From: Myxococcota bacterium
Lineage (GTDB): Bacteria > Myxococcota_A > UBA796 > CAJQPC01
Length of the DNA stretch: 13,019 nucleotides
Direction of reading: 5' to 3'
NCBI GenBank assembly: GCA_036012755.1
Contig: DASCPX010000117.1
Location: 1-13,019, forward strand
The translations under genes and the position numbers were made by a program. This document shows, piece after piece, positions 1 through 9,576 of the stretch (its first letter is position 1; each line of letters starts with the position of its first letter). The notes under the pieces are model-generated. The model did no database searches. It was given only the letters and a program-made list of their open reading frames with translations, and was not told the origin of the DNA.

Positions 1-7
1 TCGACTT

Positions 8-277
8 GTGCATGGGAACGAGTTGGATCTCGACCCCGCGCGTTCGTACCGCCTTCTCCTCCCCTTTGCCGAGGCGCTGCCGGACGAGATGATCGCCCGC
101 TTCAAGCAGACGCCGGGGGCCTGGGACTTCTACCAAGCCCAACCCAAGGGCTACCGCAAGCACACCCGGCAGTGGGTGACCAGCGCCAAGCGGGAGGCGA
201 CCCGGGCGCGGCGCCTGGCGACCTTGATCGACGACTCGGCCAATGGGCTACGGATCAAGCAGCTGCGCAAGGGCTAA
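8..277 (+). CDS. YdeI/OmpD-associated (bacteriocin-protection) domain protein, possibly 5'-partial
   Basis: AWDFYQAQPKGYRKHTRQWVTSAKREATRARRLATLI matches the OmdA/YdeI C-terminal pattern (F..qp.sYRk....W...AKre.TR.rRl). The frame is open to the window edge, so the true start may lie upstream. Confidence 0.8.
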   Translation: MHGNELDLDPARSYRLLLPFAEALPDEMIARFKQTPGAWDFYQAQPKGYRKHTRQWVTSAKREATRARRLATLIDDSANGLRIKQLRKG

Positions 278-317
278 ACGGGCCCGCATGCGAACCCGGG
301 CCGAGTAGACTCCAAAC

Positions 318-323
318 AGGAGG
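318..323 (+). promoter_or_regulatory. Shine-Dalgarno site for the CDS at 329
   Basis: AGGAGG, 5 nt before ATG 329. Confidence 0.75.
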
Positions 324-328
324 CGCCC

Positions 329-1123
329 ATGTGGTGGTTTGCGGCCCTGGCGGCGTGCGGCATCTGGCAGGAGGGCCCGCCCTCTGTGGACACGGGGCCC
401 GAGCCGGACACCTCGATCTCGGTTGGGGACGCGGACCAGGACGGCTGGCTGTGGGAGGACGACTGCGACGATGGCGACCCGGCGGTGTACCCAGGCGCGC
501 CCGAGGACTGCGGGGATGGGGTGGACCAGGACTGTGACGGACGCATTGACTGCGAGGACGCAGACTGTGTCTCGGCCTGCACCGAAGACTGCAGCGTGAC
601 CGGCGACGAGGACGGCAACGGGTACGCGGACTGCATGGACGACGCCTGCTGGGGCGTGGGCGAGTGCGGCTGGCCCCAGGTCCAGGTCACGGGCGGCCAC
701 GTGGCGGTGCAGCGCGCGCAGTATCTGTACGTCGGCGGGCCCAGCCTGCGACACCACTACGCCAACTTCTTCCCGTCGGGCAGCGTGCAGCAGGGAGACC
801 AGCGTTGCGATTGGTCGGGGCGCTTCTTCGCCAGCGTGAGCTGGTCCAGCACCCAGAAGGTGAGCAGCATGGCGCGGGTCAGCTCGTCGGTCTCCAGCGC
901 CTGCCCCATCGCCCTGGAGGGGGGCTGGCTGCCGGCGCCCAGCAGCCTGACGTGGGACGCAGGGCAGGTGGATGTCCAAGGCCAAGCCTGGTACCGACCG
1001 GGTGCCCTGTACGGGACCAGCAGCACCACGTGGACCTGGGCCGAGCCCTATGGCAACAGCGGCTGGGGGGAGCTCCGGTCCTACAGCAGGCCGCTGCTGT
1101 CGGGGCAGGCCATCGGTCTCTAG
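329..1123 (+). CDS. Putative lipoprotein with a MopE-like putative metal-binding motif and Cys/Asp-rich repeats
   Basis: N-terminus MWWFAALAA-C. DADQDGW..DCDDGDPAVYPGAPEDCGDGVDQDCDGRID is the typical Cu-binding_MopE (PF11617)-type motif, followed by a second C..(G)D.DG.G..DC.D..C repeat. Good SD. Confidence 0.8.
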   Translation: MWWFAALAACGIWQEGPPSVDTGPEPDTSISVGDADQDGWLWEDDCDDGDPAVYPGAPEDCGDGVDQDCDGRIDCEDADCVSACTEDCSVTGDEDGNGYADCMDDACWGVGECGWPQVQVTGGHVAVQRAQYLYVGGPSLRHHYANFFPSGSVQQGDQRCDWSGRFFASVSWSSTQKVSSMARVSSSVSSACPIALEGGWLPAPSSLTWDAGQVDVQGQAWYRPGALYGTSSTTWTWAEPYGNSGWGELRSYSRPLLSGQAIGL

Positions 1124-1707
1124 CCGCTCACGGCGCCCGGCCCCTCAAAGAACACCGCCATCATGGCCGCCATGCGCGCGTCCTCGCCGGCCCGGTGGGC
1201 GTCCCCCAGCCAGGGAATGTCTCCGCCCGAGCGGTTGGCGTAGGCCACGGCCTTCTTGAGCGCCGGACCCCGCTTGCCGCCCATCACGGCCTTGGCGGTC
1301 TGCTGGATGTCCTGGCCCCGGGCCAGGCCGGTGCGGTCGAAGAAGTCCCAGGGGGCCCGGTCCAGGAACCAAAAGTCAAAGGACTGGTTGTAGGCCCGCA
1401 CCTCGGACACCCCAAAGCGCTGCTGCACCTTGTCGATCCACGCGGCCAGCCGGGGGGCGGCTTGGTCGGCGTCCAGGCCCTCTCGGCACACGCGGTCCAC
1501 GCTGATCTTGTGCACCTGCATGGCCCGCTGGGCTTGCCAGCTGGTCAGGTGGGACCGGGGCTGTCGCACAAAGAAGGAGATGGGCGAGACCACGCGCGCG
1601 TCTTCGGTGACCACCACGGCGCCGACCTCGATGATGCGGGCGCAGAAGCCCCCCCCGTTGTTGGGGAAGCCGGTGGTCTCTGTGTCCAACACCACGCAAG
1701 GGGTCAT
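1120..1707 (-). CDS. DEDDh 3'-5' exonuclease (DnaQ/RNase T-like), stand-alone
   Basis: ExoI VVLDTETTG, IIEVGAV, ExoII AYNQSFDFWFL, ExoIII AHRAGEDA. Its stop overlaps the convergent gene's stop in CTAG (1120-1123). Confidence 0.9.
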   Translation of the reverse strand: MTPCVVLDTETTGFPNNGGGFCARIIEVGAVVVTEDARVVSPISFFVRQPRSHLTSWQAQRAMQVHKISVDRVCREGLDADQAAPRLAAWIDKVQQRFGVSEVRAYNQSFDFWFLDRAPWDFFDRTGLARGQDIQQTAKAVMGGKRGPALKKAVAYANRSGGDIPWLGDAHRAGEDARMAAMMAVFFEGPGAVSG

Positions 1708-1761
1708 GGGCGGCTTCTATCACGCAGGGCGGCGTGCCGAGAATCCCCGGGCCTGACCACG

Positions 1762-2232
1762 TCAGCTGGGCAGGGCGAAGCTGCACGACCCCGAGACCTG
1801 GGTGTCGGGCTTGTCTCCCCGGTAGTGGTTGGGGTCCCGCGCCAGCGCCGTGAATCGCAGCAGCACCTGGCCGCCGCGCACCTCGAAGTGGGCGTCGATG
1901 TCCCACAGGCCCTCGTGCTCGAACACATACAGCCGCTGCCGCGCGTCCCGCTCCGCCAGGTAGGTCCACGGCACAATGACCTGGAAGTCGTCCAGCTCGG
2001 CCGGCTCCAGCGAGGGGACAGGCAGCCACAGGGTCAGGCTTGGGCTGGCCCATCCGCACTGGTCGCCCTCGGGGGCGGTGTCCACCGTGGCGGGTCCGCA
2101 CCAAATGTCCACCGACAGCAGCGTGGGGGCGCCGCGGGCCACGTAGATCTCCACGCGCTCCACGGGGTGTTCCTGGGTGCCGCAGAAGCGCTGCAGGCGG
2201 AGTTGGTGCTTGGGGGAGTCGTTGGTGGCCAT
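1762..2232 (-). CDS. Hypothetical protein (156 aa, MATNDSPKHQL...)
   Basis: Globular-looking ORF with host-like codon usage. ATG at 2232 has GGAG upstream and lies 2 nt after the stop of the upstream fragment. Confidence 0.65.
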   Translation of the reverse strand: MATNDSPKHQLRLQRFCGTQEHPVERVEIYVARGAPTLLSVDIWCGPATVDTAPEGDQCGWASPSLTLWLPVPSLEPAELDDFQVIVPWTYLAERDARQRLYVFEHEGLWDIDAHFEVRGGQVLLRFTALARDPNHYRGDKPDTQVSGSCSFALPS

Positions 2233-2234
2233 GC

Positions 2235-2430
2235 TCACTCCACTTGGACCACCACCCCCAAGCTCTCCACCCCGTGCTTGCCCGCAGCGCTGATGGCCCA
2301 CGAGCCCGGCTCCATGGTCAGGGTGGTTTGGCTTGAGGGGAGGATGCGGTCAATGGTCCAGGCGCCTTGGTCTTGGGCGTACACCACCCACCAGCGGGCG
2401 TCTGCGTGGGCGAGCTGCTCCCCGCTCGAG
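2235..2430 (-). pseudogene. 3' fragment of a secreted protein, resembling the beta-rich C-terminal tail of GHL10/DUF187-type glycosyl hydrolase-like proteins
   Basis: ARWWVVYAQDQGAWTIDRILP...WAISAAGKHGVESLGVVVQVE-stop is an Fn3-like C-terminal pattern. No credible 5' part: upstream sequence reads as a + strand gene. Family call is from memory. Confidence 0.45.
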
Positions 2431-2625
2431 GTCTTCATCTCCCACGTGAAGGGCTCGGTCTTCAAGGTGATGGAGGAGACCGCCCTCATCGAGCTGCTGG
2501 GCGAGGGCCACATGTTCTACGAGGCCAACGACGCCGTCGTCGCCGCCATGAAGCACAGGGCGGCGGTCGAGGACGGGCTGGCGACCGACGAAGAGGACTT
2601 CGGGCCGAGCGACGCGGTCGACTGA
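2425..2625 (+). pseudogene. 3' fragment of a SulP-family anion permease (end of the STAS domain)
   Basis: LEVFISHVKGSVFKVMEETALIELLGEGHMFYEANDAVVAA resembles the SulP STAS end (l.la.vKgpV.d.l...gl...lG....f.....AV). Host-like codon usage on + begins only at about 2425; stop TGA at 2623-2625. Confidence 0.6.
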
Positions 2626-2633
2626 CGGCCTTG

Positions 2634-2660
2634 CCGTTGCCGCCCTTGGCGCGGCGATGG
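2634..2660 (+). terminator. GC-rich stem-loop (possible terminator or element-end hairpin)
   Basis: CCGTTGCCGC (2634-2643) pairs with GCGGCGATGG (2651-2660) with two G:U pairs and a 7-nt loop. No U-tract. It ends 6 nt before the repeat at 2667. Confidence 0.3.
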
Positions 2661-2666
2661 GCCTGA

Positions 2667-2742
2667 CTACTCGATGTATCCGGAGAGGTGAGGAATCACT
2701 GTCGGTTGCAGTCAGTGGAATCAGTCGGTGGGATCACAGTGT
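2667..2742 (+). repeat. Direct repeat copy 1 (putative terIS-like end of an IS91/ISCR element)
   Basis: Ungapped manual alignment to 12268-12343 gives 62/76 identical. The first 17 nt, CTACTCGATGTATCCGG, are identical. Confidence 0.9.
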
Positions 2743-2777
2743 CCGGCCAGGTGACAAGGGCGTACTCAGTCCTCTTG

Positions 2778-2800
2778 TTGCAAATGATAATCATTTGCAA
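2778..2800. promoter_or_regulatory. Fur box (perfect 11-1-11 palindrome) overlapping a putative sigma70-type promoter
   Basis: TTGCAAATGAT-A-ATCATTTGCAA. 2780-2798 matches GATAATGATAATCATTATC at 15/19. TTGCAA (2778-2783), 17 nt, TATGAC (2801-2806) fits -35/-10 spacing. AT-rich island in GC-rich DNA. Confidence 0.9.
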
Positions 2801-2812
2801 TATGACCAGGGT

Positions 2813-4012
2813 GTGCTCTCCCTTCTACTGAACTCGGCCATCGCAGGTCCCTTCGCTCTCGAGGCGGATGGCTACGGCCAGGTGGACTTCGGGTGGCACG
2901 ATTACGGTGCAGACCAGACGGGCCAGGGCGGCTCCCCGCCGGACAGCAGGCTGGTCTTCGACCAGACCCGTTTCGTGCTGGAGCTGGAGGGCGAGGCGGA
3001 AGGAGGCTGGGCCTTCGAGGCTGAACTGGAGGTCGAGCACGGAGGGACCGGCGCCGCGCTCGAGCTGGAATTCGAAGAGTTCGGCGAGTACGAAAACGAG
3101 GTCGAAGCCGGTGGCGAGGTGGTGCTCGAGCAGCTCTTCCTGGCGAAGAGCGTCGGCCCCCACGTGACGGTGAAGGCGGGACGCCTGTACGTCGCGTTTG
3201 GGCAGCTCTACACCGCCCATCGGCCGACGGATCTGGTCGCTCTACGCCGTCCAGAGGCCGAGATCACGGTGGTCCCCGCCACCTGGGACGAGATGGGCCT
3301 CTCGGTCGAACTCCGCCGCCCCTCTTTCGAGCTCACCGGGCAGGTGGTCAACAGCCTGGACTCCACCGGCTTCAGCTCCCAGAGCTGGGTGGCCAGCGGC
3401 CACCAGCGTCGCTTCGAGGAGGTGCGGGCCACCTCCCTCGCGGGCGTGTTCCGTGTTGACTTCGTCGCCGTTTCTGGTCTCGTGGCCGGGACCTCCGCCT
3501 GGTTCGGTGGCACGACCGGCAACCGCCCCAAGGCTGACATGGCCGGCGTCTTCGCCCCGCTGCTCCTGGTCGACGCCCACATCGCCCTGAACCGGGGGCC
3601 TCTGCGCGCCAACGGCGCCCTCATCTGGGGTTCGCTCTCCGAGGCGCCGCTCATCAGCGAGAAGAACCGCCGGCTTTCGAACAACCTGGACGTGCTGCGC
3701 AGCCCCGTCGCGAACCAGGGGCTCGCCGCCTGGGTCGAGGTGGGCGTCGACGTCCTCCCGGCAGGGGGCCACCGGCTGGAGCCGCACCTGCGCCTGCAGC
3801 GCTACGACACGATGTTCCGCACCGACGAGAGCATCTTCGACAATCCGCGCTTCGAGCGAACGGTTTCGACCGCTGGCCTCGCCTACTCCACCCGCGACAC
3901 CGTCGCCGTCAGCCTGGACGCACAGCGCCGCGTGCTGGGTTCGGACGAGTTCCGCCCGGAGCACTCCGTGCTGCTGTCGTTCGGCTTCATCTACCAAACA
4001 AGGACCTCCTGA
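2813..4012 (+). CDS. Outer-membrane beta-barrel porin of the type found upstream of imelysin/DHOR genes (putative iron-uptake porin)
   Basis: GTG start after the Fur box gives signal peptide MLSLLLNSAIA. Alternating amphipathic strands, acidic ELEVEHGGTG..E.E.EEFGEYE.EVE.GGEVVLEQ motif, P.TW.E.G motif, near-terminal LSFGFIY strand. Confidence 0.75.
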   Translation: MLSLLLNSAIAGPFALEADGYGQVDFGWHDYGADQTGQGGSPPDSRLVFDQTRFVLELEGEAEGGWAFEAELEVEHGGTGAALELEFEEFGEYENEVEAGGEVVLEQLFLAKSVGPHVTVKAGRLYVAFGQLYTAHRPTDLVALRRPEAEITVVPATWDEMGLSVELRRPSFELTGQVVNSLDSTGFSSQSWVASGHQRRFEEVRATSLAGVFRVDFVAVSGLVAGTSAWFGGTTGNRPKADMAGVFAPLLLVDAHIALNRGPLRANGALIWGSLSEAPLISEKNRRLSNNLDVLRSPVANQGLAAWVEVGVDVLPAGGHRLEPHLRLQRYDTMFRTDESIFDNPRFERTVSTAGLAYSTRDTVAVSLDAQRRVLGSDEFRPEHSVLLSFGFIYQTRTS

Positions 4013-5049
4013 TGACTCTCATGTTGCTCGCCTGCACCAACCCCACGGACAGCCAGATCGCCTTCGATGACTTCGAGGCCTCCGAGGCCATCGCCCAGGA
4101 CTTCGCCTGGGAGGTGGTCGTCGCTGACTACGAGCTGCTCGCGGACCGCCTTGGCTTGCTGGAAGAGGCCGTACTCACCCTGCAGGCCGACCCCGCCCAG
4201 GCCAACCTGGAGGCCTCCCAGCAGGCCTGGATCAGCGCCCGCGAGCCCTGGGAGCTGAGCGAAGGTTTCCTCTTCGGTCCCGTGGACGCTGGCGGCTATG
4301 ACCCCGCCCTGGACTCCTGGCCGGTCAACCGCACCGACCTGGACGCCGTGCTGGCCAGCGACGACGTGCTCACCCAGGAGTACGTGAGCAATCTGGACCC
4401 GACCCTGAAGGGCTTCCACACCGCCGAGTACCTGCTCTTCGGCGTTGACAGCGGCCGCACCGCGGACGACCTGAGCGACCGCGAGCTCGAGTACCTTGTC
4501 GCCGTCACGGCCGAGATGGCCTCCATCGGTGACCTGCTCGCAAGAGAGTGGACAAACAACGGCTACGCCGAGCTGGTCGCCACCGCCGGGGCCCTGGACA
4601 ACACGGTCTACACCTCGCGCCAGTCCCTTGGCGAGGAGATGGTACGCGGCATGATCGGCATCCTGGACGAGGTCGCCAACGGCAAGATCGCCGACCCCTA
4701 CGACGAGGCCGACACCACGCTGGTGGAGAGCCAGTTCAGCTTCAACTCGCTGGCCGACTTCTCGGACAACATCCGCAGCGTGCAGAACGTCTACACCGGC
4801 GACCTGCCGCAGGGCGGGACCGAGGGTGACGGCCTGGACCTGTACGTGGCCGAGGTCGACCCCGAGCTCGACGCCCGGGTGCAGCAGGAGCTGATGGCCA
4901 GTCTGGCCGCCCTCGAGGCCATCGAGGGCCCCTTCCGTGACGCCATCCTTGACCCCGACTCTGCCGACGACATCGAGGCGGCACAGGAAGCCATCCGGAC
5001 CACCCAGACCACCATGGAGCAGGACCTCCTGCGCCTATTCACCAACTGA
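4012..5049 (+). CDS. Imelysin-family (peptidase M75-like, IrpA/IcmP-like) iron-regulated lipoprotein
   Basis: Lipobox MTLMLLA-C; AW..AR.PWE.SE.FLFGP; LDSWP; GxHxxE metal motif GFHTAEYLLF (GFHTAE at 4411-4428); ESQFSFNSL.DF..NI. TGATG coupling to the porin gene. Confidence 0.93.
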   Translation: MTLMLLACTNPTDSQIAFDDFEASEAIAQDFAWEVVVADYELLADRLGLLEEAVLTLQADPAQANLEASQQAWISAREPWELSEGFLFGPVDAGGYDPALDSWPVNRTDLDAVLASDDVLTQEYVSNLDPTLKGFHTAEYLLFGVDSGRTADDLSDRELEYLVAVTAEMASIGDLLAREWTNNGYAELVATAGALDNTVYTSRQSLGEEMVRGMIGILDEVANGKIADPYDEADTTLVESQFSFNSLADFSDNIRSVQNVYTGDLPQGGTEGDGLDLYVAEVDPELDARVQQELMASLAALEAIEGPFRDAILDPDSADDIEAAQEAIRTTQTTMEQDLLRLFTN

Positions 5050-5057
5050 GGTCGACC

Positions 5058-6358
<1,301 letters not shown>

Positions 6359-6362
<4 letters not shown>

Positions 6363-9157
6363 CGCTGCTGATGCTGGTGGCCTGCGGGCCGATGGACGCC
6401 CAGGAGAGCTTCGAGCTCGAGGTCGTCCCGGTCTTCGAGGCGAGCTGCGCGTCGACCACCTGCCACGGCGTCGCCGCAGACGCCGAAGCCAGCGGACAGG
6501 TCATCGCCTGGGACACCTTCGTCTTCGAGGTGGACGGGGGGCGCATCGTGGACTCCGAGCAGGCCCGGGAGGCAGCGCGCCGCGCCATCAACACCGTCGA
6601 GGACCCGGCGTTTTCCTCGCTGCTCCGCAAGCCGCTGTCCGTCGAGCAGGGAGGCCTCCCGCACTACGGCTACGCCAACTTCACCGGGCCCGAGGACCCC
6701 GTGTACCAGGCGGTCGCCCGGTGGATCGAGCGGGAGGACCATGGCGGCGAGGATCCCGAGCCGCTGGACGAGCTCGAGCAGCAGTTCGCCGACACCGTGC
6801 AGCCCGCCCTGGTCGAGGGCACCTGCTTGAGCAGCGGCTGCCACGGCCTGGGGGCGGGAGGCGTCCCCTACGCCCTGGACGTGGGCTACGGCGGCGCGTT
6901 CTCGATCGAGGCCACCCGGCACAACTACGAGGAGTCCCTGGAGCAGCTGTCACTGCACGGCTTCCCGGACCAGTCGCGGCTGCTGCGCAAGTCCCAGGCG
7001 ATGGACCGCGGCGTCGCCCACAAGGGCACCAACTTCGACTTCTTCACCGACGCTGGCGAGCACGCGATCCGGGAGTGGGCCTGCGCCGAGCGCCTGGCCC
7101 GGACCGGCCAGGGCTGTGCCGTTGGGCTGCCGATGAGCGGCCTGGTCTTCGTCGGAGGCCCCGTGGAGCCGGAGCACGCCTTCGAGCTCGAAGGCTACGT
7201 CCCCGGCAGCGACCTGTACCTGGCCACCGTGGGCGAGCAGGGGGTCACGGCCCTCGAGAACCTGACAGAGGAGCTGCACGAGCAGCCCGCCGACGTCCGC
7301 GACCCCGCCGTGTCTCCCGATGGCTCCGAGCTGCTGTTCACCATGCGCCGGCAGGACGACGAGGGCCACAGCCTGTACTGGATGGACCTGGCCACCCGCG
7401 AGGTCACGCGCCTCACCGATGCGCCGGGCAGCGACCGGGACCCCACCTGGGGCGCAGGGCGAACCATCTGGTTCGTGTCCACCCGGCGCGGCCTGCTGGA
7501 CGACTCGGGCCAGCGCGCCGACGCGGACCTCTTCAGCCTGGACCTGGACACCGGCGCGCTCCGCCGCTGGACCTCAACCCCCCACACCGAGCGAAAGCCC
7601 GGCTGGTACGACATCGGCCCCAATGGCGGCGAGATCAGCGTCAGCACGCTGCGCGAGGTGGTGCCCGGAGAGGCCCGCGCCCACCCCTTCCGCTTCCCGC
7701 CGAACCTCTCCACCGAGTACCACCAACACTTCGGCGTCTCGCCAGGGCCAGACCTCTTCTACGACATGCGCGAGACCGCGGATGGCCGCTACGTGGCCAT
7801 CGTGGGGGACCTGGCCAACGCCTGGCCCGCCGGCCAACTGGGGGTCGTGGACCGCAACCTGGGGCCGGAGATCAACGACGGGGCCGAGCCCGCGTTCCAG
7901 CTCTACCTTCCGCCGCTGACCCTGATGGACGAGGACTCCTCGCCCTGGGGCGGCACCGCCTGGCGTGACCCGGCGCCGCTGGCCGACGGCCGGCTGCTCG
8001 CGGCGGCCAGCGCCGAGCCGGTGGACCTGAGCGACCCCGAGGCCACCCCGCGCTTCCGGATCGAACTGGTGGGCTTCACCGAGGCCCTCGACGGGAGCGG
8101 TCCGGTCATGACCGAGCGCGAGGTGCTGGTGGAGCTCGAGGGCCTGTCTGCGTTCGACCCGGAGCCCATCTGGCACCACGCCCCCCACCGAAGCGAAGGG
8201 CAGCACCAGCCAGAAGGTGACACCGGTCTGTTCCTGCACCACGGCCTGCCCCTGGTGGACGCGCTGCTGGGCGCCCTGGCCCCGAGCGGCGCACGCCTTC
8301 CCCGCCACGACATCGTGGGCGTCCGGCTGGTCGAGGCGCTGCCCACGACCTGGCTGGACCGCACCCCGCTCGCTCCGGAGGAGACCCGGCATGGCCAGCT
8401 GGAGGCCACCAGCGCCGGGCTGGTCCGGCACCCGCCGGCGCGCATTCTGGCCGAGATCCCGCTCGCCGCCGACGGCAGCTTCACGGCACGGGTCCCCGCG
8501 GACGTGCCCTTCCGCCTGCAGGCCCTCGACCAGGACGGCATGGCCATCGGCACAATGCACAACCGCTGGTACGAGGTCGCGGCGGGGCAGGTCGTCATCC
8601 AGGGCCTGACGGTGCAGCACGGCTCGGAGCGCTACGGCTCGCTCTGCGCGTCCTGCCACGGGAACCTGGACGGGGACGACGGCGCCCCTGCCCTGGCTGA
8701 GCCCGACATCATGACGGGCGCCTCGCTCACCCTGAGCCGCTACGAGAACCAGGACCCGCGCCGCCCCATCGAGCCCGAACCGGTCGGCGACGACCTGCTC
8801 GAGGTCGACTTCGTGCGGGACGTCCAGCCGGTGCTGGTCGAGCGCTGCTCAAGCTGCCACGGTCCCCCTTCCCCCGCCGGTGGCCTCAGCCTGACCGCCA
8901 CGTCGACGCTGTGGTTCTCCGACGCCTACGAGAGCCTCCTGGCCCCCGGAGAGCGCTCCGGCGGCGGCTTCGACTACGTGGACGGGGACGCGGGCATGGC
9001 CTCGAACAGCCTGCTGGTCGAGGTTCTGAGCGGGGAAGAGCTGTCAGCGCCCGGCAGCTTCGACGGACCGGACCACGTCGAGCACCTCAGCGGAGAGGAG
9101 CTCTTGCTGGTCATCCGCTGGGTCGACCTGGGCGCAACCTGGGAGGGCACCCGATGA
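6359..9157 (+). CDS. Large (932 aa) multiheme lipoprotein: two N-terminal cytochrome c domains, TolB/PD40-like beta-propeller, HzsA-like middle domain, C-terminal cytochrome c domain
   Basis: GTG overlapping the DHOR stop (GTGA) gives MTLLMLVA-C. Heme motifs CASTTCH (6446-6466), CLSSGCH (6824-6844), CASCH (8645-8659), CSSCH (8846-8860). Propeller repeats DPAVSPDGSELLF, DRDPTW..IWFVSTR, DPAPLADGRLL. RILAEIPLAADGSF.ARVPADVPFRLQALDQDGMAI is typical of the hydrazine synthase alpha middle domain. Confidence 0.8.
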
Positions 9158-9576
9158 CCCTGCTCTTGCTGGCCTGTGCGATAGAGCCCGGCACGATGGA
9201 CCTGCCTCTGGGCGACCTCGAGCGCTTCGAGCAGGACGTCCAGCCCGTGCTGGTCCCGACCTGCAGCAGCCCCTCCTGCCACGGCGACGCGTCCCGCCCA
9301 TTCGAGCTCTACGGCGTGCACCAGCACCGCGCCGACCCGGACGAGGTGTATCTGGACACCCCCCTCCGCGACGACGAGGTCTGGCACAACTTCGTTCGGC
9401 TCTCGGCCCTCAACACCGGCCTGGTCGAGGCCGAACTCAGCCTGGCGCTGGCCAAGCCCCTGGACCCCGACGCCGGAGGCGTGCCCCACGAAGGCGGCGC
9501 CTGGTTCTCCACCACCGACGACTGGGACTACCTGCTGCTGCACGCCTGGATCGAAGACTCCCTGGAGGAACCATGA
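9154..9576 (+). CDS. Small monoheme (CX4CH) cytochrome c-like lipoprotein, 140 aa
   Basis: ATGA overlap; MTLLLLA-C; FEQDVQPVLVPTCSSPSCHG (motif 9262-9282); KPL....GG.PH.G...F....D..Y....WI shared with the N-terminal domain of the upstream protein. Confidence 0.8.
   Translation: MTLLLLACAIEPGTMDLPLGDLERFEQDVQPVLVPTCSSPSCHGDASRPFELYGVHQHRADPDEVYLDTPLRDDEVWHNFVRLSALNTGLVEAELSLALAKPLDPDAGGVPHEGGAWFSTTDDWDYLLLHAWIEDSLEEP

Noticed and set aside
302..308. CGAGTAG, the reverse complement of the repeat start CTACTCG
   Set aside because: Only 7 bp; expected by chance in 13 kb.
664..2625. 653-aa + strand ORF
   Set aside because: Mostly an off-frame or antisense shadow of real genes (329-1123, exonuclease, hypothetical). 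Only the last ~66 codons look like real protein.
2667..2742. CRISPR repeat, or IS21/Tn7-type terminal inverted repeat
   Set aside because: Only two copies, 9.6 kb apart, in direct orientation. No spacers, cas genes, DDE transposase, inverted partner or target duplication seen.
2657..2812. N-terminal extension of the porin ORF from ATG 2657
   Set aside because: It runs through the repeat and the Fur box. GTG 2813 gives a signal peptide.
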